Origin: Felis catus
Lineage: Eukaryota
Direction of reading: 5' to 3'
DNA: 64,000 nucleotides
Assembly (NCBI RefSeq): GCF_018350175.1
Contig: NC_058368.1
Span: 92,692,001 to 92,756,000 of the forward strand
The notes under the pieces were generated by a model. The model was not told the origin of the DNA. It was given only the letters and a program-made list of their open reading frames with translations, and did no database searches. The position numbers were made by a program, and so were the translations under genes. Shown piece after piece: positions 23,850 through 36,607 of the stretch (position 1 is its first letter; each line of letters begins with the position of its first letter).

Positions 23850-23964
23850 TTTTTTTTCCTTAAGATTTTATTTTTAAGTAATCTCTATACCCAGCGTGCG
23901 GCTCAAACTCATGACCCCGAGAGCAAGAGTTGTATGCTCTACCGACTGAGCCAGCCAAGCACCT
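23850..23964 (-). mobile_element. Short tRNA-like Can-SINE (no CT tract)
   Basis: TAAGTAATCTCTATACCCAGCGTG..CTCTACCGACTGAGCCAGCCAAGCACC; TSD CAAGTAAT. Confidence 0.88.
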
Positions 23965-24284
23965 CAAGTAATCTGATTTTTAAAGGTTAAATACACTAAC
24001 CCTCCCAGGGCAGCTTTGCTAAAGAAAAGAGCTGCTCCATAATTGAATTTTAAAGAAACAGTTTAAGCACCAAAAACTTGATAAAAACCTTATTTTGCTC
24101 ATTGTAAGGTATGAATCTTTTTAAGATCTGTTGCACACTGTCCTGCTTTGTTTTCTCATTCAGAGCTCTCCTGATATAAACTATTTCCTTAAAGAGTTAG
24201 AGGCTCCTTGTTGATTGTTTTGTAGGTGTAAAAAAGCATATTCTGCTTTTTTAAATATATTAATTTGCCTGTAGGTTTAAAAAC

Positions 24285-24310
24285 AATTTTTTTAATGTTT
24301 TTCATTTTTT

Positions 24311-24343
<33 letters not shown>

Positions 24344-24516
24344 CGAGAGCGCCTGAGCAGGGGAGGAGCAGAGAGAGAGGGAGACACAGAATCTGAAGCA
24401 GCCTCCAGGCTCTGAGCTGTGAGCACAGAGCCTGATGTGGGGCTCGAACCCATGAACCGTGAGATCATGACCTGAACCAAGTCAGATGCTTAACTGACTG
24501 AACCACCCAGGTGTCC
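24285..24516 (-). mobile_element. Can-SINE
   Basis: TSD GCCTGTAGGTTTAAAAA. Confidence 0.94.
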
Positions 24517-24529
24517 TGCCTGTAGGTTT

Positions 24530-24765
24530 AAAAAAAATTTTTTTTGGTGTTTTTTTTTTTTTATTTTTGAGAGAGAGATGCACTCAGCACATGAGTGGGT
24601 GAGGGGCAGAGGGCGAGGGAGACACAGAATCCGAAGTAGGCTCCAGGCTCTGAGCTGTCAGCATAGAGCCCGGTGTGGGGCTTGAACCCATAAACCATGA
24701 GATCATTACCTGAGCTGAAACCAAGAGTTGGATGCTTAACCACCTGAGCCAACCCAGGCACCCTC
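24530..24765 (-). mobile_element. Can-SINE
   Basis: TSD CCTGTAGGTTT. Confidence 0.94.
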
Positions 24766-25880
24766 CCCCCACCTGTAGGTTTTTAAATGCTAATTTCTCC
24801 CACCAACTGTTCCTTCTTATGGCTATTAGAATGTTCTTTGAATCTTCTGTCTTATTTTATACATGGTCTGCATAAGACTTGCCTTCAGCCCTCTCTTACA
24901 GAGCAGGGGGTGAAGGATTTGTAGCAGCTTTTTCTAAGTATGCAGATACCTCTTCCTTTTATCTCTGTTGTCTAAACATGGGCTTAAATACTAAGCATCA
25001 CTGCTCCCAGGGAGAGAGAGAAGCAGCAGAACTTGGCCAAAGACCCACTCAAAAACTGACCTTACGCTGATCACCTGTCACATTTCTGGCACTGTGTCTT
25101 CTCGTGTTTAAACCTCACAATGGGGCTTGGGGCAAGACTGGCCAGATGCTTCCTACATATCTCACTTTGTGCACAAAAGATCCCTGTGTGCCTCCAGGAG
25201 GCAGAGGGAGACTTGGAGGTAAAACAGAGCATAAACTTTGACCTTGGTGCACTGGATCCTGGGCACAGATTTGGCAACATGAGGGGGTGACAGATTCTAT
25301 CCTAAAAGGTTCTATGTAACAACTTTCATTTCCCAGCAAATGGCAGAACCGAGATTCAGTTCAGATGATTCCGGAGGCTCTTAACCACCATCCACGTGGC
25401 CTTACATGCCTTATCAACATTTTCTACCTTGTGTTTCTGCTTTCATTGCCTTTCTCTAGGGCTTGGTCTGCCTAGTTCCTTCTAGGTCTTCTTTCCTGGG
25501 GTGGAGTTCTTATCCCCAGATATTTCAGTCACATATAGACACATCTCTCTGTGTCCCCAATATTTCCCGTCTGACTTCCAAATTGGGCCCAATGTATGCA
25601 CCTGCGGTACCTAAAATAGTTCACTTGTTCAGATCATTTACATTTGTAGAAGTGAGTCTGTATTTTATCAAGCACATCAGTACTATAAATACATTTAAAG
25701 ATGGGCTGTGTTCTATACCTGGCATCTATAAAATGCACAGACGGATTTGCAGACACCTTGCCATAACTCAACGGTCTCCCGGAGCCACAGGTTGGGAGCA
25801 CTGCCTTGGAGCATGTAATTGAATGGTAGAGAGCCAGGCTCAGCAGTCAAACAGACGTGGGTTAAAACCATGACTCGGCA

Positions 25881-26035
25881 GGGGCGCCTGGGTGGCTCAG
25901 TCGGTCAAGCGTCTGACTCTTGCTTTGGGCTCAGGTCATGATTTCCTAGTATGTGATTTCGAGCCCCACTTTGGGCTCTTCACTGACAGTGTGGAGCCTA
26001 CTTAGGATTCTCTGTCTCTACCCCTTCCCACTCAA
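25881..26035 (+). mobile_element. Can-SINE within a MIR relic (about 25810-26160)
   Basis: GGGGCGCCTGGGTGGCTCAGTCGG head; short 3' end. Confidence 0.9.
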
Positions 26036-26998
26036 ACATGATTAGGCTCCAGGATCCTGGCCGTGGATCCCCCCCAGCAAGACTCCCTTTCTCTAAGCCT
26101 TGTTGCCATGTTTAGGTGAGATCAGGCGTTGAACGTGCTCAGCACTATTATCCAGGCACCAACCTATACAGGCGTCCATGGTTGGAGGTGAAAGCGATGT
26201 GAAACAGAACTGCACACCAACTTGCCACGGTACGCTAGATCCTGGGCTGATTTGGTAACAATCTGGAATTAAAAGTTGTGTTACATAATAAAATCAAAAT
26301 AAGGACTTGCACTGACCACACAGTAAAGAGACTTATAATCATGTTGTATAAGGGTAGTTCATGCCTCACGGAATCATTGCGCGGGTATCATTCACTCCCA
26401 CCTCTCTGTATGGGGCTGTTCTTCAGAATCCAGATCTGGGCTTGCAGACCTTTCTCATATCTGCCAGGTGTGGACAGTATTGCCAGAGCCTCAGGATGGT
26501 CCCTCTAACCCTCCTGGTACTGCCAAGTTCTTCCCCCTCCTTACGGACATGCGCCTTTTACTTCCTCTGAGTCCCCGTTCCGCCCCCAGTGCTGAGGGCT
26601 CAGTCTTCTATCACAAAAGCCAAGAAGCCCTTGAAGCCTCCGTACAAACATATACCAGGAATGTGCTGTGTGCTTGATGGGAAGGGGCTGTGGACATTGC
26701 AGGGAGTGAAAGGATTCCTCCCCACTGAGCATCGAGAACTGTGACTGAGCCTCCTTATTGGACTAAAGAGTATTATATCTTCTGCATGTGGGAGGTCCAG
26801 TGGAAGGTGGGGTGAAGGATCCAGAGCCCCATGGGTTTCATCCTTCCTCAGTGGGAAGTCCCAGAGATTCTGCCACGCAAACTCTACGTACCCACCAAGC
26901 TGACTGAAAACCACAAAGAATGCTCTGTTCTTTAACATTCCTTTTTAATCCTTTAGAGGGTGGCCCAAAATAGTAGCAACTGAACGAACGAATCATAC

Positions 26999-27246
26999 TT
27001 TTTTTTTTTTAGTGTTTTTTTTTTAATTTGATAGCGCAAGCAGGGAAGGGGAGAGAGAGACAGAGGGAGAGAGGGAGGGAGAGGAAAGGAGAGGGAGGGA
27101 GGGAGGGAGGGAGGGAGAGAATCCCAAGCAGGATCCAAACTCAGCATGGAGCCTGACACAGGGCTCGATATCACGAACTGTGAGATTGTGACCTGAACTG
27201 AAATCAAGAGTCAGATGCTTAACTGACTGAGCTACCCAGGTACCCC
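26999..27246 (-). mobile_element. Can-SINE
   Basis: Core motifs, (GGGA)n. Confidence 0.93.
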
Positions 27247-27259
27247 GAAAGCACACTTC

Positions 27260-27420
27260 TTATACAATATCCCATTTAATCTTTCTGTGAGCCTAATGAA
27301 GCAGGCTCTGCTTTTGCCTGTGTTCTTGAGAAGATGAAACCCACTGAGAGAGATGCCGTAATTGGCCTAGAGTTACCCAGCTACCCTTCAAACTCGGGTC
27401 TCTCTGACTCTCTGCTCTGG
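27260..27420 (-). mobile_element. MIR fragment
   Basis: TATCCCATTTAATCTT..AGATGAAAC..TAATTGGCCTAGAGTTACCCAGCTA..TTCAAACTCGGGTCTCTCTGACTC. Confidence 0.65.
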
Positions 27421-27662
27421 CAATTACATGTCTTATTGTAAAGGGATTCTGAATATATTAAGTCTGAAGGGTATACCTAGTCTAATGGTTAGGCTTAATA
27501 AATGATTCTTTTGGAAATAAAAATTTAAAAGTCCCCCCCACCAGGGACGTAATTATTAGTGTTAAGTTAGTTTTCACATGGTGGGAGGTAGCTGTGGTTG
27601 GGAAGGTGATTTCTATAGGGTCCAGTCAGTTTTAGTCTGTTTGGTTTATAAACTGACCTGAA

Positions 27663-27840
27663 GGAGTGCTTGGGTGGCTCAGTAAGTTAAGTGTCTAACT
27701 TTGGTTCAGGTCATGATCTTGCGTTTGGTGTGTTTGAGTCCCAAGTTGAACTCTGTGCTGAAAGTGAGGATCCCGCTTGAGATTCTTTCTTTCCCTCTCT
27801 CTCTGCGCCCCCCTCTCAAAAGTAAACATATGGTAAAAAA
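27663..27840 (+). mobile_element. Can-SINE
   Basis: TGGGTGGCTCAG..CAGGTCATGATCT. Confidence 0.9.
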
Positions 27841-28185
27841 GACAAGTGAAAATGAGTTACAACACTGAAAAGGGCATGAAAGGCAAAGAGCACTGCTGGA
27901 AAACTGTGTCTTATACTTGGTGAGTTACAAGTGTCCTTTGTGTATGTTGAACACTCATTCATGCTTCATGGATAAAACAGACAAAGTTCTCCATTCATTT
28001 AAAGTATTAGAATACAAACTCTTTAATTAGAACTTCTGTCTTAAGCTCTGAGGCTGGCTACCAGCTGCTCCCAGATTCATCAAGTGAGTGACCTTTGCTA
28101 AGCACCTTGTCAATTTCCTCTTCTGTTCCTCCTCCCAAGTTTCTGCTAATTGGTCTCCAGTGCCCTACATTTCTTACAGCCTCCT

Positions 28186-28845
28186 ATATTAGTTTCTTCT
28201 TGTTGCTGCAACAAATTACCATAAACATAGTGGCTTAAAACAATATGAATGTGCTGGGCACCTGGGTGGCTCGGTCAGTTAGGGTCTGACTTTGGCTCAG
28301 GTCATGATCTCACGGTTTGTGAGTTTAAGCCCCATGTGGGGCTCTGTGCTGACAATTCAGAGCTTTGAGCCTGCTTCAGATTCTATGTCTCCCTCTCTCT
28401 CTCTGCTCCTCCCCAAGTCGTGCATGCTGTCTCTCTCTCTCTCTCTCAAATAAGCCTTAACAACAACATGAATGTATTATCTTACAGTCTGGAGCTCAGA
28501 AATACAAAAGAAGTTTCATAGGGGTAACAGTGGTAGGGCTGATTTCCTTCTGGATACTATAGGGGAGGGAGAATCTATGTCCTTGCCTCCCCAGCTTCGA
28601 GGAGCTGTCTTTGTTCCTTAGTTCTTTACCTGTTCTCCCTCTGCTTCATTACTGTGCTGTCTCTGTTTGACCCTTTTTTAAGGACCGTCATGACTACTTT
28701 GGACTCACCTGAATAATCTCTCTGTCTCAAGGTCCTTATTCACCTGTTCAATGCCTTTTTTTTTTTTTTAAACCCATGTAAGGTAGCATTCACAGATTCC
28801 AGGGATCAGGAAGTGTCCATGTGGCTTTGGGGGCCATTGTTCATA
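28186..28845. mobile_element. MaLR solo LTR (MLT1C/D-like) split by SINE
   Basis: TATTAGTTTC..GCTGCAACAAATTACCATAAACATAGTGGCTTAAAACAA..CCATGTAAGGTAGCATTCACAGATTCCAGGGATCAGG. Confidence 0.82.
28256..28460 (+). mobile_element. Can-SINE
   Basis: Head and core; TSD ATGAATGT. Confidence 0.92.
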
Positions 28846-29098
28846 CTTTTTTCTTATGAAGTATTACTCAAAGAAAAGAAAGGATCTGTGATTCCATGAA
28901 TGTGGCCTGAAACTCGGAGCAAAGACATTTGACTCCAGTCTTGAACCTGACATGACCCTCATTGTCAGACTGTGAACAAAGCACTTCAGTTCTCAGAATT
29001 GTATAATTGGAGCTTTGGGTTAATTCACAAATACCTTCCAAGCTGTAGTATTGCATAACTTGACAGATTTATTTGTATTAAAATATAAATGACTTGAT

Positions 29099-29227
29099 GG
29101 GGCACCTGGGTGGCTCAGTTAGTTAAGTGTCCTACTTTTGATCTCAGCTCGGGTCTATCTCAGGCTCATGAGTTCAAGCCCCGTGTTGGGTGTTGGGTTC
29201 TATGCTGGGCATGAAGACTACTTAAAA

Positions 29228-29231
<4 letters not shown>
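29099..29231 (+). mobile_element. Short-type Can-SINE
   Basis: GGGGCACCTGGGTGGCTCAG..GACTACTTAAAAAA. Confidence 0.9.
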
Positions 29232-29232
<1 letters not shown>

Positions 29233-29303
<71 letters not shown>

Positions 29304-29452
29304 ATATACACATCTATAAAAATAGATGTGTATATATATACATATATATATATTTTTATATATACATATATACATATACTTATGTATATATTAGAAATAC
29401 ATTATGTATACTATATATATCATATATAGTATATAATATATATACGTATATT
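29233..29452. repeat. (TA)n(CA)n plus TA-rich low-complexity SINE tail
   Basis: Directly visible; followed by AATGACTT, which also precedes the SINE. Confidence 0.95.
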
Positions 29453-29675
29453 TATGAATGACTTAGGGTAATTTTACTGTGGATTACACTTTGGATTACA
29501 GCCGAAGGGTTGACTTTATTTTAAAAATAATAGTTCATCAAATTTGATGTGAAGAGTATTTCCTATAGCAAAGAAACATAATCAGAACTATTGGAATAAC
29601 TCCATATAGGCAAGTTCTTTCTTCAAGATTAAGGCCTGTTCAACTTGGGACCAGTCACGTACATGAGTACATCAG

Positions 29676-30066
29676 CCACAGTTTCTCAAAGTGTGGTGCA
29701 CGGGTTCCCTAAGTTATTGCACCTGGGACACCTGTAAAATGGACACTTTTTAAAATTTATTTTGAGAGAGAGAAAGAGAGAGCACATGAGCACGAGTGGC
29801 AGGGGGGAGCAGAGAGAGAGGGAGACAGAGAATCCCAGGCAGGCTCCACGCTATCAGTGCGGAGCTTGACATGGGATTTGAGCCCATGACCACAAGATCA
29901 TGATTTGAGCCAAAATCAAGAATCAGGCCCTTAACCGACTGAGGCACCCAGGCATCCCCCAAAATGGACATTTCTGAGCCCCAGGCCTATATTATAAGGG
30001 CTCATAATTGGTATATAACAAGTGGTTCAAAGTAAATTATTTAAACAGTTACATTTGAGAATAACT
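29676..30066. mobile_element. MER5-like hAT-Charlie DNA transposon relic split by SINE
   Basis: CAGTTTCTCAAAGTGTGGT left end, TTTGAGAATAACT right end. Confidence 0.6.
29747..29960 (-). mobile_element. Can-SINE
   Basis: TSD AAAATGGACA. Confidence 0.93.
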
Positions 30067-30769
30067 AAAAAATAATATCTGGTTACAGGTTATGAGAGGA
30101 AGACTGAAAAAAGTTACCCTGCTCCCCTTTTCCAGCACATACCCATTTTGCAATTAAGAAAGCTGAGGTACAGAGCGAGTGAATGTCTTGCCCAAGTCCC
30201 AACAACTACTTTGTGCAGAGTCGAGATGACAGGTAGAGTCCCCTGCCTTCATGTGTAGAGCTCATTGACAGCTGTGCTATTTAAGTTTTTTTCCCCAGGG
30301 AAAAAACGTTTTTTTTTTTCCCCCCAGATTACTTTTCTTTCAACATAATAGCCCCTCCTTTTCAAAAGCTATGTAGTCAGAGAAGTGGTCTGTAGAATGC
30401 CTGGGCATATTATTTTCTTTAATTGAGTTGCATTGTTGATGTTAGAAACGTCCTCACGCAAAGTTTTAAATAACCTTTTATAGAAATAATTTGATTTATA
30501 ACGTATTGAGAGTCATATTCAAGAAGTCATGAAAAATATTTGTGCTTTAAAATGTATAGTATAACTTGAAATGTCCTCTTCTGATATTAATGCCATAGGA
30601 GATGCCCTATGTGTTCCCAATTTACCACCTACCATTTTATCCGTATTCCCAACTTAAACATCCCTATCAGTCTCAATCTTAGAGATTAATGTGAGATTTT
30701 TGAAATGAAATTAATTACCTGTGAACAGTGGATGAAAGTAGGAAAGACAGGAATGAGATCCTTCCGAGA

Positions 30770-31795
30770 ATATTTTTAATGTATTTTTGACTTTGGAACC
30801 ATGTTAATGTTTTACGTCCTCTGAAAGGAAAAATGAATTTCGAGGAATGGTGGGAATTCCTAAATGTAAAAGATTTTAAATACACGACAAATTTCTATCA
30901 CAAAGATGAAAAAAATAGTTCAAATAGCTTTCATGTAGCATTCTCTGACTTTATCCCTTTGGTGGGATATACTCCTTTTTGTTTGTTTGTTTGTTTGTTT
31001 GTTTTTTAGTGAGAGAGTGTGTGTGCATAAGCAGGGTAGAAGGAGAAAGAATTTTTTTTTTAAGTTTATTTATTTTAAGAGGGAGGGGGAGCAGGGAGGG
31101 GAGGCATAGAGAGGGAGAGAGAATCCCCACCAGGCTCTGCACTGTCAGCATGGAGCCCACCACGAGGCTCTATCCCATGACTCTAGGATCATCACCTGAA
31201 CCGAAATCAAGAGTCAGATGCTCAACTGACTAAGCCACCCAGGCACCCCTTTAGTGGGATATATTCTAAGAGCAAAATTAATTCCAAAGAAAAATTAATT
31301 TGACAAGTTTGTTGGAAGTGGTGAGTGTGGTCTTGCTGAATTTTGTGTATTGCAAGATTAGGCAAAGAAGGGCATATATTGTTCTAAGGAGAGGAGGAAT
31401 TCTCTCCTTGGATGTATCAGTATGAATATATTGTATATGTAGGTATGTAGGTATAGTGTGCGTGTGTGTGTGTGTGTGTGTGTGTATTCTGTGCACCTAA
31501 AGGATCTAGAAGCAATCAATCCCCATTGTCAATGTGATACCTAGAGCTCAGGCCTTAGTTTGTAAACAGGAGAGACAAGGCCTTTTGCAGAAATTAAAGA
31601 TTCTGAGGCAGAGGGAGGTATGGACTTGGCTTAAAGTGTTGTGCTATACCAAACAGTAAGAAGACAGAGATGTCAAAAGGTTCAGGAAAGGACTCCCACT
31701 GGCCAAGTTTGGACAATTTGAACATTGAAAGAATAGTGACAATAGTAAATTACTAAACATTTAATAGAAAAGAATCTGTAAGGCCATAAGGATAG
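30770..31795 (+). mobile_element. Ancient L1M 3' region (L1MC-like), with SINE and (TG)n inside
   Basis: TTTGACTTTGGAACCATGTTAATGTTTTAC; GACTCCCACTGGCCAAGTTTGGACAATTTGAACAT. Confidence 0.6.
30976..31249 (-). mobile_element. Can-SINE with an extra partial SINE 3' segment (30976-31050)
   Basis: Two successive tail/(GA) blocks; TSD CCCTTT(G/A)GTGGGATATA. Confidence 0.9.
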
Positions 31796-32007
31796 AAAAT
31801 TTTACATATTTACATCATTTTAAATATATCCATCTTCTAGACCTTTTTTCAAAATATTTGTAGATCTTTACTTACATATATAAGCATAGGTATCTACTTT
31901 CTATTAAGTGCGTCAATAAATACGTTTCACTATTACTGTTACCATACCTGTTCTTTCACATGATTGTAGAAAGCTGAGTATGCCTGTAAATTCTAAACTG
32001 AATATTT

Positions 32008-32540
32008 CTTTTTATGGAAGTGGAATTAGCATGGTGTTATATTAGTTTCAGGTGTGTGATATGATTCAACAATTCTGTACATCGCCCAGTGCTCATCACG
32101 ATAAGTGTGATCTTAATCCCGGTCACCTGTTTTACCCATCTGCCTACTCACCAGTTTCTTCTCTGTGCTCGAGAGTCTGGTTTTTGTTGTTGTTTGCCTG
32201 GATGTTTTCTCCTTTGTTTTGTTCATTTGTTTCTTAAATTCCACATAGGATTGAAATGGTATGGTATTCTTCTTTTTCTGACGTATTTCCCTTAGGTTAC
32301 ATTCTCTAGCTCCATTCACATCATTGCAAATGACAAGATCTCGTTCTTTTTAATGCTGAGTAATAGTCCATTGTAATACATACCCACACGTACATAAATA
32401 CATAGACACACACACACCACATCTTCATTATCCATTCATCTGTGGATGCGCACAGAGCTTGCTTCCGTATCGTGGCTATTGTAAATAATGCTGCAGTAAA
32501 CATCAGGGTACATATATCCTTTTGAATTACAAACTGCGTA
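32008..32540 (-). mobile_element. Carnivore L1 3' fragment
   Basis: ORF 32321..32602(-) IQKDICTLMFTAALFTIATIRKQ..DEWIMKMW; 3' UTR ATATTAGTTTCAGGTGT. Confidence 0.9.
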
Positions 32541-34451
32541 TTATTTGATATGTGTACAAGCTTTATGGGCGTAATTTGGCAGTTTTTACAATTTATACCC
32601 AAATGGGGTTCATTTTATAAATTTGTGAATAGTCACAGAATTTCAGAAATAGGAAGGAGGGAATATTTGGTTTAAATTCGTTCGTGTGGCAAGTGTTAAG
32701 ATGACATGACTTTCCTAGACCTGGTACCGGTTGTTATATTACCCATCTCTAGGAGGCGCCATTCCCACAACGGTTTATTCAAATGGCACCAGCTATGGTT
32801 TGCCAAGCAAAAAAGTGCGGTGCATTTGTTTGCTGCACTCTAGTTCCTGGAGATCAAACAGAGAAAAAGACAAAACGGTCCCAGACTTGGAAGCTACTCA
32901 GTCTAGAGAAGAAAATACGCCCAGGAACAGACAAATTTACGAGTGAGAGAAAGCGACATGACCGGTTTCTCTGAGAGCTGGTAGGAGGGGCACCTACTCT
33001 GGAATTGGGGCATGACTGGAGAAGCCCAGAGAACCTTCATCTTTGCTGAGGTCTGACTGGAAAAGAGGCTGGGGAAAATACAGAAAGGGGAGAGGGAGGG
33101 AGGAAGTACATTGAGACCCACGGACCCCACTCAGGGAGCGGAAATTGTCCTGTTGCAGGAACAAAGAAATGCTAAGAAAAGCTAGAGGCCACGAGAGGTT
33201 AAGGTGACCTGTGCCGTGTCATCATCTTCTCAGTCGCCTCCTCTGATTCATTAATGAACACGTTACGTTGCAACAGATTGATTCATCACAAGTGCAGTGA
33301 TGTCCTCTGAGAGGACTATAGTTGTTGTGAGAGCACCTATCCTACCGCCTAACCTCAGAGAAACCCTCACTCTAGACCAGAGTTCGTCCGTTCCAGAGCA
33401 TGCACCTGTGTCCAGCCCATCTTTGCCCACCCACAGAGCATGCCCACTGTCTGCTTGCAGCGTGTCTCCAGGGCTGTTTTGGCTCTTGAGCTGTTGAGGT
33501 CAGCTCAAGTAGCTGAAATAAAAAAAAAAAACATTATTACAGAAAGAGGTTTGATCCAGGTAGGGGGGTAACTGCATACTCAAAAGCTAAAAGCTAACAC
33601 AAATGAAGAGACTCGGAGCAAAAGCCTATGAGCCTCTTGGACAGCATCCTGTTTGCTGGTCCTGTTTGCTTCCGGTGTTCTTCCTGTTCAAGTCAATATA
33701 AGTCATCTGTAAGTCAAAATTGAATTGATAAAATGACAAGTCAGTCTTAAGAGAGTCTTAAAAAATCAAGATACATTATATTTCCATTTATAGCGATATT
33801 TAAGTAATCATGCTGTCTTCTAATCACATTATCTTGTAATCTTATTTTAAGAAATCAGATATATTTCACATAATTTCTGCTGTCGAAATAGCAGGGTAAT
33901 TTGTTGCTAATGGATTATTGTAGTTGTTTTCTTTTATTAGGTTTATGAAATTTTCAGGAATTCACGTTAGCCCTGAAGGAAGTTCATAGTTGTCTAAGTC
34001 AGTCCTCACCGGGTTTTGCTTGGCAAGTTATAATTCCTTTGTCTGAGTTAGTTTAAAGCAGAACTTGTAATTTCCATGTTTGTGATCATTTTTTACAGTT
34101 ATTCTAAGATATTCTATATTGCACAGTTATTTTAGGGTACATTCTGTGTTCGAAGATATTCTGTATATATTATTTCCATCAAATACAATCATTCATCTAT
34201 TGTTTTTCCAAGGTTGTTGCGGTCATAGTGTAGTTATTCAACCTATATTTGTTTGTGCTTGTAACTGACCATGCTACTGAATGAAATATTTGATTCTTTC
34301 TACTCTTTCCTCCAACGTTTTACTATGAAAAATTTGAAACAAAACTGCAAGTTGGAAGCATTTTTCAGTGAGTAGCTATGTACCCAACATCTAATTTATA
34401 CTGTTAATGGTTTACCCTACTTGCCAATCCTTTTCATTTGATTTTTTAAAA

Positions 34452-34658
34452 CTTTTAAAAAAAGTTTTATTTAGTTTTGAGAGAGAGAGAGAAAGCAGAG
34501 GAAAGGGAGAGAAAGAGAGGGAGAGAGAGAATTCCAAGCAGGCTCTGCATGGTCAACACAGAGCCAGATGTGGGGTTTGAACTCACAAACCATGAGATCA
34601 TGATCTGGGCCAGAATCAAGAGTCACATCTTCAACTGACTGAGCCACTCAGGAGCCCC
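34452..34658 (-). mobile_element. Can-SINE
   Basis: TSD TTGATTTTTT(T)AAAACTT. Confidence 0.93.
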
Positions 34659-34679
34659 TAGTTGATTTTTTTAAAACTT

Positions 34680-34804
34680 GGGGTGTCTCAGTGGGTCAGC
34701 CGGTTGGGTGTCTGACTCTTGATTTCAGTTCAGGGAATGATCTCCTGATTGTGGGATCCAGCCCCGCATCGGGTTCTATGCTGACAGAGTGGAGCCTGCT
34801 TAGG

Positions 34805-34850
<46 letters not shown>

Positions 34851-34909
34851 TCTCTCCCTCTGCCTCTCCCCAACTTGTGCTCTTTCTCTCTCTCTCTCAA
34901 AAAAAAAAA
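34680..34909 (+). mobile_element. Can-SINE with long (CT)n
   Basis: Degenerate head, core, A tail. Confidence 0.9.
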
Positions 34910-35554
34910 TTACCAACAACATTTAATTCTTTTGGATTTTGTGGATAAGCAATTAAGTCTTATGCAAATAATAATTTTTTCCCTCCTTATCAATATTACA
35001 TCTCTTGTTTCTTGGCCTAATTCCAGAATTTTTTTTTTTTTAATTAGGGCCCCTGTTGACTTTGAATTAGAAGAAAATCTGCCATAATTTATTCAGCATG
35101 ACATTGGTGATAGTTTGGCTTAGGTGTTCTTTTTCATATCAGGGAAGTCTTATTATACATAGTGTAAGATTTTCTTCATCAGGGATAGATGTTGACTGTC
35201 TTCAAATAACTTTGGACATTTATTAATACTCCTAGCTTGTCTTCTTTGATTTTTCTTATCAACTTATTAATTGCTTTCTTCATTACCTTAAGAAATATTT
35301 ATTAAATTTTTATTTTGTATCAGGCACTTGTGCGTGGTACTGAACTTGCAGAGATAAAGAACCCCAAAGGTCCTGATTCCTGCCTTCCTGGTATTACAGT
35401 GTGGTGGAGTTTGTATGATAAGTTGCAGTAATAGATATCTTATTAAGACATCCTGTTGTTAATTGAATAAAACTTATTTGGTCTTAGTATTTTATTTTTT
35501 CAATATACTGATGAGTTGTATTTTCTGATATTTTATTAAGAATCTCTGCCTTTT

Positions 35555-35769
35555 TGGGGCACTTGGGTGACTCAGTTGTTTAATCTCAGGTCCGACTTTG
35601 GCTCAGGTCATGATCTGGCGGTTCGTGGTTTCAAGTCCAATCGGGCTCTGTGTTGACAGCTCAGAGCCTGGAGCCCGCTTTGGATTCTGTGTCTCCCTCT
35701 TTCTTTGCCCCTCCCCCGCTGTCCCTCTCTCTCAAAAATAAGTAAACATTAAAAAAAATTAAAAAAAAA
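35555..35769 (+). mobile_element. Can-SINE
   Basis: TSD AGAATCTCTGC. Confidence 0.93.
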
Positions 35770-36607
35770 TTTGTTTAGAATCTCTGCATTTTTAATTTAC
35801 AAATAAGATGTATCAGTGCCTTTGGTTCTGATTTGTTTTTTGGTGGAGAGGGGTGCTGCTGAATTTGCCAAATTCGCACACACAGGTTATGCTTGCTTTG
35901 TAATTTTTCTGTCTTTTTCTGTGACCTGGAAACTTGCATGGTGTGGACGACATGGTATGAGAATTATTTCGTAGCCAGAGAATCCTCTCTTCCTTGAAGA
36001 CTTGAAACCGTTTGTCCAGGCAAACCTCTAGGTTGATTCTCTTTAATTCCAAATCATTTGTTTTGCCAGAAATTAATCAATTTTACTCAATTTTTTAATT
36101 TCTTCACATTGAGGTGCACAGAAAATTCTCTAAAATTTTAAGGTATTAATGGCTCTGTTTCCTTTTTCCTTTTTAATTTGTAATGGTCATAAAATTGAAG
36201 CTACTCTGTAATTCTACACTACATAAATGCTATATCCTTACAAGGCAACTGGCATAAGTTTTAAATAACCTAAGGGTATACGTAATATGATTCCCTTTAA
36301 ACACAAACAATATGCATTATTTTTTTCTGAAATTTTGTGAATCCGTTAACAGTAGCTAACTTCATAGAGAGAGTACAGGCTGGGAAGAGTCTTTTAATTT
36401 TATACTGTTTTTGCTGTTTTACTTTTCAAAACTAAAATGTGTGCATTCATCCCTATTTTATTACTTTTTTTAAAAAATCAAGAGTTCTCTGAATAACAGG
36501 ATAATGATTGTTATTGATTAGGGACCATGGTGCTTTCTTTTTATTCCTTTCTGTACTTTAGTAAATCGGACAAATTTCATTGCAAATTATAGACATGCTA
36601 TTTTAAC

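Noticed and set aside
23850..23964. tRNA-like sequence
   Set aside because: Has an A-tail and TSD and is degenerate: a short SINE, not a tRNA gene.
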